Positions 18,947-26,814 are shown, numbered from the stretch's first letter. The stretch is DNA of 32,000 nt from Mycolicibacterium smegmatis (GCF_001457595.1 NZ_LN831039.1:3210001-3242000); one strand, 5' to 3'. Made by a program: numbers and translations. The notes: generated by a model not told the origin, from the letters alone.

Positions 18947-20505
18947 CACCGGACCACCCGGAATGACGCACGCGCACCCGCGGCCGCATCGGATCCGCCG
19001 TCGACGGTGTCGCACATGATCGGCCGCAACGCCGCGGTGAGCCGCTGGTAGTCGTCGAAGGTCTGCTCATAGAGGAGACTTCGTTTCGGATCGGGTTCGA
19101 GCATCCGCACTCGCGGGGCGAACAGACGGGAACCGGCCGTCAGGCTCGGGACGATGCCGGCCCCGGTCGCGGCGATCACCGCGCACGCCCGCAGCGTGAG
19201 GTTCTCCCCGATGACCAGCTCGGCCGGGCGGCCCAGCACATCGATCGTCACCTGCTGCCACAACGTGTTCCGTTCGATGCCTCCGGAGAAGACCAGGCGT
19301 GAACACGGCACGCCGGATCGCTCGAACGAGTCGATGACACTGCGGGTGCCGCACGCCACGGCCTCGACCATCGCCCGGTACAGTTCGGCCTTCGTGGTAC
19401 CGAGCGTCAGTCCGATGACCGCGCCGCGCAGCCGGGCCTCACGGTGCGGTGTCCGGTTTCCCATGAAGTAGTCGAGCGCACGCAGGCCGTGGGACGCGGG
19501 ATCGACCGCGGCCGCCTGGTCGATCAGCCCCGCCAGTTCGTCGCGCGGGACCCCCATGATGGACTCACCTGTCCATTTGAGTACCGAACCACTGGTGACC
19601 TGGCCGCCTTCCACCAGCCACTTGCCCGGATTCAACGCCTCGGGATACGGGCCCCACACCTCGTTCGACGTGGTCGGCCGGTCGACCTCGGTGACGATGG
19701 CCGACGAGGTACCGGACACGAGCGACACCAGGCCGTCCACGTTGCCGCCGCAGGCCAGAAGCGATACGTGCGCGTCGATCCCGCCCACCGCGACCACGGG
19801 CCTGCCGTCGATACCCAGGTCGGCGGCCGCGCTGTCGGCCAGGGGGCCCGCGACACCGCCCACCGGCACGATCTCGTCGGGAAGCTTGTCGATGAGGTCG
19901 TCCATCCCCAGCGCGGCATAGAGTTCGGCCGGGAACCGGCCCGCGAGGGTGTCGTAGTTGTACTTGCACACCGCGTTCATCTGCGAGCCGACCCATCGAC
20001 CTGTCAGCCGGAACGTCAGGTAGTCGACGGCCTCGACGATGCGTGCCGCAGACCGGTACGCGTCCGGGTCGTGCTTCTTGAGCCACATCGCCTTGGGCAG
20101 AAGCCATTCCGCGGCATCCGAACCGCCGGACCACTCCAGGATCGGGTGTTGCAGGCAGAGCCGCGCCGTCTGCTCGGATTCGGCGGCACCACGGGCATCC
20201 ATCCACAGGATGGCGGGGCGCAGCGGTGTGCCCGCCGCGTCGACCACCGCGACCGTGGACGCCGTGGTGGACGCGGCCACGGCGATGACCCGGCCTGCCG
20301 CCCGGCACAGTTCACCCGACAGCAGTTCACGCGTCGCCGCGGTGATCGCGGCCCACCAATCCCGCGGATCCTGCTCTGCCCAGCCCGGTCTCGGATGGTG
20401 CGTCAGGTAGGGCCGGTGGGTCGAGCCCAGTGCGGTGCCGTCCTCGGTGAAGGCGCCCACGCGGGCACCTTCGGTGCCGAGGTCGATGGTCAAGAGGATG
20501 CCCAT
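18946..20505 (-). CDS. FGGY-family carbohydrate kinase (pentulose/pentitol-kinase-like)
   Basis: The ORF is 519 aa. It has the N-terminal IDLGTEGARVG, then WAEQDPRDWW, and FGGY signatures GTSSAI, FMGNRTP and VFSGGIERN. Its stop overlaps the SorC ATG by 1 nt (TGATG). Confidence 0.88.
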   Translation of the reverse strand: MGILLTIDLGTEGARVGAFTEDGTALGSTHRPYLTHHPRPGWAEQDPRDWWAAITAATRELLSGELCRAAGRVIAVAASTTASTVAVVDAAGTPLRPAILWMDARGAAESEQTARLCLQHPILEWSGGSDAAEWLLPKAMWLKKHDPDAYRSAARIVEAVDYLTFRLTGRWVGSQMNAVCKYNYDTLAGRFPAELYAALGMDDLIDKLPDEIVPVGGVAGPLADSAAADLGIDGRPVVAVGGIDAHVSLLACGGNVDGLVSLVSGTSSAIVTEVDRPTTSNEVWGPYPEALNPGKWLVEGGQVTSGSVLKWTGESIMGVPRDELAGLIDQAAAVDPASHGLRALDYFMGNRTPHREARLRGAVIGLTLGTTKAELYRAMVEAVACGTRSVIDSFERSGVPCSRLVFSGGIERNTLWQQVTIDVLGRPAELVIGENLTLRACAVIAATGAGIVPSLTAGSRLFAPRVRMLEPDPKRSLLYEQTFDDYQRLTAALRPIMCDTVDGGSDAAAGARASFRVVR

Positions 20506-20508
20506 GCG

Positions 20509-21600
20509 TCAGACCTCGTTGGGTACGAACAGAACCTTGGACGAGAAGATCGAGCGGTCACCGAGTTGCTGCATCATCCGCGGCAGCTCGGACAGGCCCA
20601 GCTCATGGGTGATCATGAACTCCCACTTGAGCTTTCCTGCTGCCATCATGCGCGCCGCGGTGCGCCACTCGTCGCCCGGGAACGGCGCCGAGAAGGAGTT
20701 CCACGAGCCGTGCAGGCTGGTCTCCAAGCGCATGAACTTGTTGAAGGTGTCCTTCTCCAAGGTCACCGGCGCGTGCGGGATGCCCACGAAGACCGCGTGT
20801 CCGTGTGGGCCGGTGAGGTTGGCGGCCATGTCCGCGGTCGCGGGAACGCCGGCCGATTCGAGCACGATGTCGAAGCCGCGTCCGCCGATGGCGCGCGCGT
20901 CCTCGGCATCCTGCACCGCGTCGGTCGCGCCGGCTTGGCGGGCCATGGCTGCTTTCTCCTCGCTGAGGTCGACGGCCACGACCTGGTCAGCGCCGTGCAG
21001 TTTGGCCCACTGGATCGCGAAGAGCCCGATCGGCCCGGCGCCGATCACCAGCACGCGGTGTCCGGCGCGCAGACCGGTCTTCCACAGGCCGTGCAGCGCG
21101 ATCGCCGCGGGATCGAGCATGGCTGCGGCGCGGGGGTCGATACCGGCAGGCAGTTTCAGGAGGTTGCCGACCGGGCTGACGACGTACTGGGCGTATGCGC
21201 CGTCGGATCTGCTGCCGAAGTAGTCGTAGTTCTCGCAGAGCCCGAACTCGCCCTTGGCGCAGAAGTCGCAGCGGCGGCACGGGATGAGCGGGGGCACGGA
21301 CACGAGTTCGCCGATGTCGAATCCCTCGACACCGTCCCCGAGTTCGACGACCCATCCGGAGAACTCGTGCCCGCAGATGATGGGCATCACGTAACCGCCG
21401 TTGCGCAGCATCCGCGGGATGTCGGACCCGCAGACGCCGCAGGCCGCCACCTTGAGCAGCACCTCACCTGGCCCGGGACGCGGCACCGGCGCCTGCTCGA
21501 CGCGGATGTCCCCCGGCGCGTACATGACGGCCGCGGTCATGCTCGCGGGCAGGGCAGGTGGCGCCACCACGGTGGTCGGGGTGGGGGCCTCGGTTGTCAT
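20509..21600 (-). CDS. Zn-dependent medium-chain dehydrogenase, polyol-phosphate dehydrogenase-like (GatD/arabitol-phosphate dehydrogenase subgroup)
   Basis: The ORF is 363 aa. The catalytic Zn ligands lie in CGVCGSDIPR and GHEFSG. The structural Zn motif is CRRCDFCAKGEFGLC (CxxCxxCx7C), and the NAD fold is VIGAGPIGL. Subgroup-like blocks are YDYFGSRSDGAYAQY and GSWNSFSAPFPGDEW. A GAGGAGA Shine-Dalgarno lies 8 nt before the ATG. Confidence 0.85.
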   Translation of the reverse strand: MTTEAPTPTTVVAPPALPASMTAAVMYAPGDIRVEQAPVPRPGPGEVLLKVAACGVCGSDIPRMLRNGGYVMPIICGHEFSGWVVELGDGVEGFDIGELVSVPPLIPCRRCDFCAKGEFGLCENYDYFGSRSDGAYAQYVVSPVGNLLKLPAGIDPRAAAMLDPAAIALHGLWKTGLRAGHRVLVIGAGPIGLFAIQWAKLHGADQVVAVDLSEEKAAMARQAGATDAVQDAEDARAIGGRGFDIVLESAGVPATADMAANLTGPHGHAVFVGIPHAPVTLEKDTFNKFMRLETSLHGSWNSFSAPFPGDEWRTAARMMAAGKLKWEFMITHELGLSELPRMMQQLGDRSIFSSKVLFVPNEV

Positions 21601-21657
21601 TGACGTTGTCTCCTCGTGTGGTCTCGGAAAGTGCTGTGATCGGCGGTTGTTCAGCGG

Positions 21658-22638
21658 CTACTCGGCGGCGAAAGTCGACTCACCGACCAGAGCGGATGCG
21701 TTGGACTTGTCGACCAGACCCGTTCCGGCGTCGACGAATTCGGGAACAGACTCGCCGCGGGCGACCTTGGCCGCGGTCTGGATGGCCAAACGGCCTTCGG
21801 CGTCGGGGTCGTTGAGGGCCGTGGCGACGTACTGGTCACCGTCGGCGATGGCCCGCACGGCCTCCATGAGGCCGTCCACGCCGAAAACCTTGACGTCGGT
21901 GCGGTTGTTCTCGGCCAGCACCTGCATGGCGCCGAGCGCCATGTCGTCGTTCTGGGCGTAGACGCCCTTGAGATCCGGATGGGCCTGCAACAGGTCCTGC
22001 ATGGCGGTGACGGCCTTGGACCTGATGTAGTCGCAGTACGGGCCTTCCACGATGGTGATGTTGGGCCGGCCCGACACCGCCGCCTGGAATCCGTCGCGGC
22101 GGTCGCGGGCCACCGCACCGCCCGCGTCGCCCTGGATCTCGATGATCTTGCCGCCGTCGGGCCCGAGCGTGTCGACGGCGGCTTTGCCGACGAGTTCGCC
22201 CATCGCCTTGTTGTCGCGGCCCACGAACGACGCCGCGCCGGATTCGACGGGGCGGTCGACGGTGACGACCTTGATGCCCGCTGCCTCGGCCGCGGCGAGC
22301 GAGGGGGTGACTCCCTTCGGGTCGACCGGGTTGATCACGAGCACGTTGATGCCGCGCGTGATCAGATCCTGGACGTCGTTGTTCTGCTTGGTGATGTCGC
22401 CGTTGGCGTCGGCGTAGAACAGTTCGTCGCCCTGTGCCTGTGCCTCGGCCTTGGCCGCATCGGTGAGCGCGACATAGAACGGGCTCTGCTGGGTCGCCTG
22501 GCTGAAGCCGATCTTCAGGGCGCCGTCCACCACAGGCGCGTTCTGGGCCGCATCGTCACCTGGCACGGAGCAGCCGGTGAAAGACAGTGCCATGGCAGCC
22601 CCGAGAGCGATTCCTGATAGGGCTTTTGCGAAGCTCAC
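21658..22638 (-). CDS. Sugar ABC transporter substrate-binding lipoprotein (RbsB/Peripla_BP_4 type)
   Basis: The ORF is 326 aa from GTG 22638, which is preceded by a strong AAGGAGG with a 4-nt spacer. The tracked ORF start at 22689 has no Shine-Dalgarno. The signal peptide carries a lipobox (LSFTGC). RbsB-like blocks are present ([38 protein letters not shown]). Confidence 0.88.
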   Translation of the reverse strand: MSFAKALSGIALGAAMALSFTGCSVPGDDAAQNAPVVDGALKIGFSQATQQSPFYVALTDAAKAEAQAQGDELFYADANGDITKQNNDVQDLITRGINVLVINPVDPKGVTPSLAAAEAAGIKVVTVDRPVESGAASFVGRDNKAMGELVGKAAVDTLGPDGGKIIEIQGDAGGAVARDRRDGFQAAVSGRPNITIVEGPYCDYIRSKAVTAMQDLLQAHPDLKGVYAQNDDMALGAMQVLAENNRTDVKVFGVDGLMEAVRAIADGDQYVATALNDPDAEGRLAIQTAAKVARGESVPEFVDAGTGLVDKSNASALVGESTFAAE

Positions 22639-22688
22639 TTTTCCTCCTTGCTTGCGGCGTGTCGGTGGTCTGGGCCGCGGATGACGCA

Positions 22689-22715
22689 CCTCACGTTATG
22701 AATGAATTTGTGAGG
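22689..22715. promoter_or_regulatory. Inverted repeat flanking the most AT-rich stretch of the divergent operon/ppc intergenic region (candidate operator/promoter)
   Basis: CCTCAC (22689-22694) and GTGAGG (22710-22715) are exact reverse complements separated by GTTATGAATGAATTT. On the minus strand the repeat contains TAACGT, a TANNNT hexamer, about 55 nt upstream of the SBP start. Confidence 0.25.
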
Positions 22716-22738
22716 CCGTCAACATCCGCGCAATTTTT

Positions 22739-22752
22739 TGCTCATGTGAGCA
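22739..22752. promoter_or_regulatory. Perfect 14-bp palindrome TGCTCATGTGAGCA (candidate dimeric regulator site)
   Basis: The half-sites TGCTCA and TGAGCA are exact reverse complements with a 2-nt centre. A T6 run precedes it. It lies in the 212-bp region between the divergently transcribed SBP operon and ppc. Confidence 0.3.
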
Positions 22753-22763
22753 GAGGCGGCTCG

Positions 22764-22785
22764 TGGTCGATCCGGCTGGTCGATC
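22764..22785 (+). repeat. Tandem direct repeat TGGTCGATC-N4-TGGTCGATC upstream of ppc
   Basis: There are two exact 9-mers (22764-22772 and 22777-22785) with a 13-bp period. A CGGC sequence precedes each: it abuts the second copy directly and lies 3 nt upstream of the first. The repeat is 66-87 nt upstream of the ppc ATG at 22851. Confidence 0.3.
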
Positions 22786-22850
22786 GCCGGTATGCGCGGG
22801 AGGGGGAGGCCCGGTCTGCGGCGCGTCGTGGCGGCACCGATACTTGTCTC

Positions 22851-25652
22851 ATGGCCGACTCGAATGACACCGCACTCGAACCGTTCGGATCGGTCCAACG
22901 GACCCACATCGGCCGGGAGGCCTCCGAGCCGATGCGTGAGGACATCCGCCTGCTCGGCGCGATCCTGGGTGACACCGTGCGTGAGCAGAACGGCGAAGAG
23001 GTGTTCGACCTGGTCGAGCGGGCCCGGGTGGAGTCGTTCCGGGTGCGCCGCTCGGAGATCGACCGGTCCGAGTTGGCAGACATGTTCAGCGGTGTCGACG
23101 CGCACCAGGCGATCCCGGTGATCCGGGCGTTCACGCATTTCGCGTTGCTGGCCAACGTCGCAGAGGACATCCACCGTGAGCGCCGCCGGGCCGTGCACGT
23201 GGCGGCCGGGAAACCGCCCCAGGACAGCAGCCTTGCTGCGACGTACCGCAAGCTCGACGCCGCCGACCTCGACGTCGACAAGGTGGCCGACACGCTGACA
23301 GGTGCGTTGGTGTCACCCGTGATCACCGCGCACCCGACCGAGACACGAAGGCGCACGGTGTTCGACACGCAACACCGCATCACCGAGCTGATGCGCCTGC
23401 GCCTGCACGGGCACACGCGCACCGACGACAACCGCGACATCGAGACCGAACTGCGCCGCCACATCCTGACCCTGTGGCAGACAGCGTTGATCCGGCTGTC
23501 GCGCCTGAAGATCTCCGACGAGATCGAGACGGGCCTGCGCTATTACGAGGCCGCGTTTTTCGACGTCATCCCGCAGGTCAACGCCGAGGTGCGCGATGCG
23601 CTGCGCAAGCGGTGGCCCGACGCGAAGCTGCTCGAAGAGCCGATCCTGCGTCCCGGCTCGTGGATCGGCGGCGACCGTGACGGAAACCCCAATGTCACAC
23701 CGGAAGTGGTGCGGCATGCGACCGGCCGTGCGGCCTACGTCGCGCTGGCGCACTACTTCGAACAGATCACCGCGCTCGAGCAGGAACTGTCGATGTCCGC
23801 GCGCCTGGTGAAGGTGACGCCGGCGCTCGCCGCGCTCGCCGACGCCTGCCACGAACCGGCCCGCGCCGACGAACCGTACCGGCGCGCGCTGCGGGTGATC
23901 CACGCGCGCCTCACCTCGACCGCGCGTGAGATCCTCGACGAGCAACCCGAGCACGAACTCGACCTGGGCCAGCCGCGGTACCAGACGCCCGCGGAGTTCC
24001 TCGCCGACCTCGACGCCGTCGACGGGTCGCTGCGTGCCAACGGCAGCCGCGTGCTGGCCGACGACCGGCTGGGGCGGTTGCGAGAAGCCGTGCGGGTCTT
24101 CGGATTCCACTTGTCCGGGCTCGACATGCGACAGAACTCCGACGTGCACGAGGAAGTGGTCGCCGAGCTGCTGGCGTGGGCCGGGGTGCATCCCGACTAC
24201 ACGTCGCTGTCCGAACCGCAGCGCGTCGAGCTGCTGGCCGCCGAGATCGCCACACGTCGCCCACTGATCCGCGAGGGTGCCGACCTCTCCGAACTGGCGC
24301 AGAAGGAACTCGGCATCGTCGCGGCCGCGGCCCGCGCGGTCAAGGTGTTCGGCCCGCAGGCGGTGCCCAACTACATCATCTCGATGTGTCAGTCGGTGTC
24401 CGACATGCTCGAGGCCGCCGTGCTGCTCAAAGAGGCCGGGCTGCTGGACATCTCGGGATCGACACCCTACGCCCCGGTGGGTGTCGTCCCGCTGTTCGAG
24501 ACCATCGACGACCTGCAGCGCGGCTCGTCGATCCTGGAGGCGGCGCTTGACCTGCCGGAGTACCGCACGATGGTCGATGCCCGCGACGGTCACCAGGAGG
24601 TCATGCTCGGGTACTCCGACTCCAACAAGGACGGCGGCTATCTCGCGGCGAACTGGGCGCTGTACCGCGCCGAACTCGACCTCGTGGAATCGGCCCGCAA
24701 GACCGGAATCCGGTTGCGGCTCTTCCACGGACGCGGCGGCACCGTGGGCCGCGGCGGCGGCCCCAGCTACGACGCCATCCTGGCGCAGCCACCGGGAGCG
24801 GTGAAGGGCTCGCTGCGGATCACCGAGCAGGGCGAGGTGATCGCGGCCAAGTACGCCGAGCCGCGGATCGCCCACCGCAACCTGGAGACGCTGCTGGCGG
24901 CGACGCTGGAAGCCAGCCTGCTCGACGTGGAGGGCCTGGGGGAGGAGGCCGAACCGGCCTACCAGGTCCTCGACGAACTGGCCGCGCTGGCACAACGGGC
25001 GTACTCCGAATTGGTGCACGAGACACCGGGTTTCGTCGAATATTTCAAGACCTCGACGCCGGTCAGCGAGATCGGTGCGCTCAACATCGGCAGCCGTCCC
25101 ACCTCACGCAAGCCGACGACGTCCATCGCGGACCTGCGCGCGATCCCGTGGGTGCTGGCGTGGAGCCAGTCGCGGGTCATGCTGCCCGGCTGGTACGGGA
25201 CGGGCTCGGCGTTCGAGAACTGGATCGGCACCGACCCGGACGGTGCTCGCCTGCGGGTGCTGCAGGACCTGTACGCACGGTGGCCGTTCTTCCGCACGGT
25301 GCTGTCGAACATGGCGCAGGTGCTGGCCAAGGCGGACATGGGGCTGGCGGCGCGCTACTCCGAACTGGTCGAGGACGCCGACCTGCGTGCGCGCGTGTTC
25401 GACAAGATCGTCGCCGAACACGACCGCACGATCCGCATGCACCGGTTGATCACGGGGCAGGACGATCTGCTGGCCGACAACGCGGCGCTGGCACGTTCGG
25501 TGTTCAACCGGTTCCCGTACCTGGAGCCGCTGAACCACCTGCAGGTCGAACTGTTGCGGCGCTACCGCTCCGGTGAGACCGACGAGTTGGTGCAGCGGGG
25601 CATCCTGCTCACCATGAGCGGGCTGGCCACCGCGCTGCGCAACAGCGGATAG
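22851..25652 (+). CDS. ppc: Phosphoenolpyruvate carboxylase
   Basis: The ORF is 933 aa from ATG 22851. ATG 22932 (MREDIRLLG) lies 11 nt after GGGAGG and is an alternative start. Conserved PEPC blocks are present: [53 protein letters not shown] and the C-terminal [10 protein letters not shown]. The ORF-track extension to 22587 overlaps the SBP gene and is not credible. Confidence 0.95.
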   Translation: MADSNDTALEPFGSVQRTHIGREASEPMREDIRLLGAILGDTVREQNGEEVFDLVERARVESFRVRRSEIDRSELADMFSGVDAHQAIPVIRAFTHFALLANVAEDIHRERRRAVHVAAGKPPQDSSLAATYRKLDAADLDVDKVADTLTGALVSPVITAHPTETRRRTVFDTQHRITELMRLRLHGHTRTDDNRDIETELRRHILTLWQTALIRLSRLKISDEIETGLRYYEAAFFDVIPQVNAEVRDALRKRWPDAKLLEEPILRPGSWIGGDRDGNPNVTPEVVRHATGRAAYVALAHYFEQITALEQELSMSARLVKVTPALAALADACHEPARADEPYRRALRVIHARLTSTAREILDEQPEHELDLGQPRYQTPAEFLADLDAVDGSLRANGSRVLADDRLGRLREAVRVFGFHLSGLDMRQNSDVHEEVVAELLAWAGVHPDYTSLSEPQRVELLAAEIATRRPLIREGADLSELAQKELGIVAAAARAVKVFGPQAVPNYIISMCQSVSDMLEAAVLLKEAGLLDISGSTPYAPVGVVPLFETIDDLQRGSSILEAALDLPEYRTMVDARDGHQEVMLGYSDSNKDGGYLAANWALYRAELDLVESARKTGIRLRLFHGRGGTVGRGGGPSYDAILAQPPGAVKGSLRITEQGEVIAAKYAEPRIAHRNLETLLAATLEASLLDVEGLGEEAEPAYQVLDELAALAQRAYSELVHETPGFVEYFKTSTPVSEIGALNIGSRPTSRKPTTSIADLRAIPWVLAWSQSRVMLPGWYGTGSAFENWIGTDPDGARLRVLQDLYARWPFFRTVLSNMAQVLAKADMGLAARYSELVEDADLRARVFDKIVAEHDRTIRMHRLITGQDDLLADNAALARSVFNRFPYLEPLNHLQVELLRRYRSGETDELVQRGILLTMSGLATALRNSG

Positions 25653-25654
25653 CG

Positions 25655-26026
25655 TCACAGCCCGGTGCGTTTGCGCACCTGGCCCACGACACCGCGCACC
25701 GCGTTCTCGGTCATCGCGATGGGCGACATCACGGCCTCACCGATGCCCACCATCGCCTCGACGCGTGACACGATGCCCTCCAACCGCTCGACCACGCCGA
25801 TCAACCGGGGAGCGAGTTCGTCGATCCGCGTGATGGTGTCGTTGAACCGAGCGAGCGTGTCGTCGAGCCCACCGGTGGTCTTGTTGAGGTCGACCAGGGT
25901 GCTGCTCAGTTCGTCGAGCAGGGTCTCCACCTGCTCGACGGTCATGTCGGCGTTCAGCGCAGCCTGGGTGAGGGTCTTGATCCGACCGGAAACCGGGCGG
26001 CCGCGACCGTCCCCTTTGTCTGCCAT
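25655..26026 (-). CDS. Conserved actinobacterial protein of unknown function with a predicted coiled coil (Rv1444c-position homologue)
   Basis: The ORF is 123 aa from ATG 26026. It shows a heptad-like Leu/Ile/Val periodicity (VEQVETLLDELSSTLVDLNKTTGGLDDTLARFNDTITRIDELAPRLIGVVERLEGIVSRVEAMV). It is co-directional with the pgl-opcA-zwf-tal-tkt cluster and directly downstream of it. The tracked 153-aa ORF adds an Arg-rich N-terminal extension that is probably untranslated. Confidence 0.6.
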   Translation of the reverse strand: MADKGDGRGRPVSGRIKTLTQAALNADMTVEQVETLLDELSSTLVDLNKTTGGLDDTLARFNDTITRIDELAPRLIGVVERLEGIVSRVEAMVGIGEAVMSPIAMTENAVRGVVGQVRKRTGL

Positions 26027-26049
26027 ACCCCCCAGTATGGGCAACGGGA

Positions 26050-26065
26050 GCGCCGAATACGGCGC
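26050..26065 (-). terminator. Short hairpin downstream of pgl (candidate attenuating terminator)
   Basis: GCGCCG (26050-26055), an AATA loop, and CGGCGC (26060-26065) form a 6-bp GC stem with a tetraloop. It lies 14 nt after the pgl stop on the minus strand and 23 nt before the next ATG. Confidence 0.3.
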
Positions 26066-26079
26066 ATTTGCGTGGCGTC

Positions 26080-26814
26080 CTACAACTTGGCGGCGGCGGC
26101 CTCGTCGACCAGCCACACCGTGCGCTCACGGCCCACGGCGCCCGCGGCCGGGATGTCCACGGGATCGGCACCGCCGACCGCCGCGGCCACGGCGTCGGCC
26201 TTGGCCTCGCCCGACACCACGAGCCACACCTCGCGCGAGTTCTGAACCGCGGGCAACGTCAACGTGATTCGCCGCGGCGGCGGCTTGGGGGAGTCGGAGA
26301 CGCCGACGACGAGGCGCTCGGTCTCGCGGACCGCATCGGCGTCGGGGAACAACGAGTTGACGTGCCCCTCGCCGCCCATGCCGAGCAGATGCACATCGAA
26401 CCCGGGCACCGAGGAGTCGAAGTTGGCGGAGAGCAACTGCGCATATCCGGCCGCGGCGGCCTCGAGATCGTCACCGAACTCACCGTCGCTCGCGGCCATC
26501 GCGTGCACGTTCACCGGCGGGATGCCGATGTGGTCCAGCAGGGCCTCACGGGCCTGCTTGTCGTTGCGCTCGTCGTCGTCCTGCGGCACGAATCGTTCGT
26601 CGCCCCAGTAGATGTGCACCTTCGACCAGTCGATCTCGCCGCTGCGCTCACGGACCCGCTTGAGCAGGCCGATGCCGGTGCCGCCGCCGGTCAGGACGAT
26701 CGTGGCCTGACCACGCTCGCCGATCGCGGACGAGATGGCATCCACCAACCGGTCGCCGGCCGCGGCGACCAGCGCCGCAGTGTCCGCGTGACGTTCGATG
26801 ACGGTGTCGCTCAT
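26080..26814 (-). CDS. pgl: 6-phosphogluconolactonase
   Basis: The ORF is 244 aa from ATG 26814, which overlaps the opcA stop (ATGA). DevB/Pgl blocks are present: [32 protein letters not shown] and RITLTLP. Confidence 0.9.
   Translation of the reverse strand: MSDTVIERHADTAALVAAAGDRLVDAISSAIGERGQATIVLTGGGTGIGLLKRVRERSGEIDWSKVHIYWGDERFVPQDDDERNDKQAREALLDHIGIPPVNVHAMAASDGEFGDDLEAAAAGYAQLLSANFDSSVPGFDVHLLGMGGEGHVNSLFPDADAVRETERLVVGVSDSPKPPPRRITLTLPAVQNSREVWLVVSGEAKADAVAAAVGGADPVDIPAAGAVGRERTVWLVDEAAAAKL

Noticed and set aside
19444-21603. A 719-aa plus-strand ORF antisense to the FGGY kinase and the Zn dehydrogenase.
   Set aside because: The reasoning is the same. It has no recognisable domains and spans two real genes and their junction. 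It is a high-GC artefact.
14739-22638. Calling the operon a true lsr (autoinducer-2 uptake/processing) system.
   Set aside because: The resemblance holds only at family level. The aldolase is a canonical 231-aa DeoC rather than an LsrF-type protein. There is no LsrG and only one permease. A Zn dehydrogenase is present that lsr loci lack. It is kept only as a low-probability alternative in the findings.
22689-22752. A CRP/GlxR-type site (TGTGA-N6-TCACA) in the operon/ppc intergenic region.
   Set aside because: The TCAC...GTGA arms at 22689-22715 are in the opposite arrangement and are 15 nt apart. The TGTGA inside the 14-bp palindrome has no TCACA partner at N6.
22587-22850. An in-frame upstream extension of ppc (1021 aa tracked), and the possibility of a small plus-strand ORF in the divergent region.
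   Set aside because: The extension starts inside the SBP gene on the opposite strand and crosses the AT-rich promoter region. PEPC homology starts near [15 protein letters not shown], and no Shine-Dalgarno supports an earlier start.
23313-25019. A 568-aa minus-strand ORF antisense to ppc.
   Set aside because: It is low-complexity and Arg/Gly/Val-rich, and it lies inside a PEPC gene with all the canonical motifs. It is an artefact.
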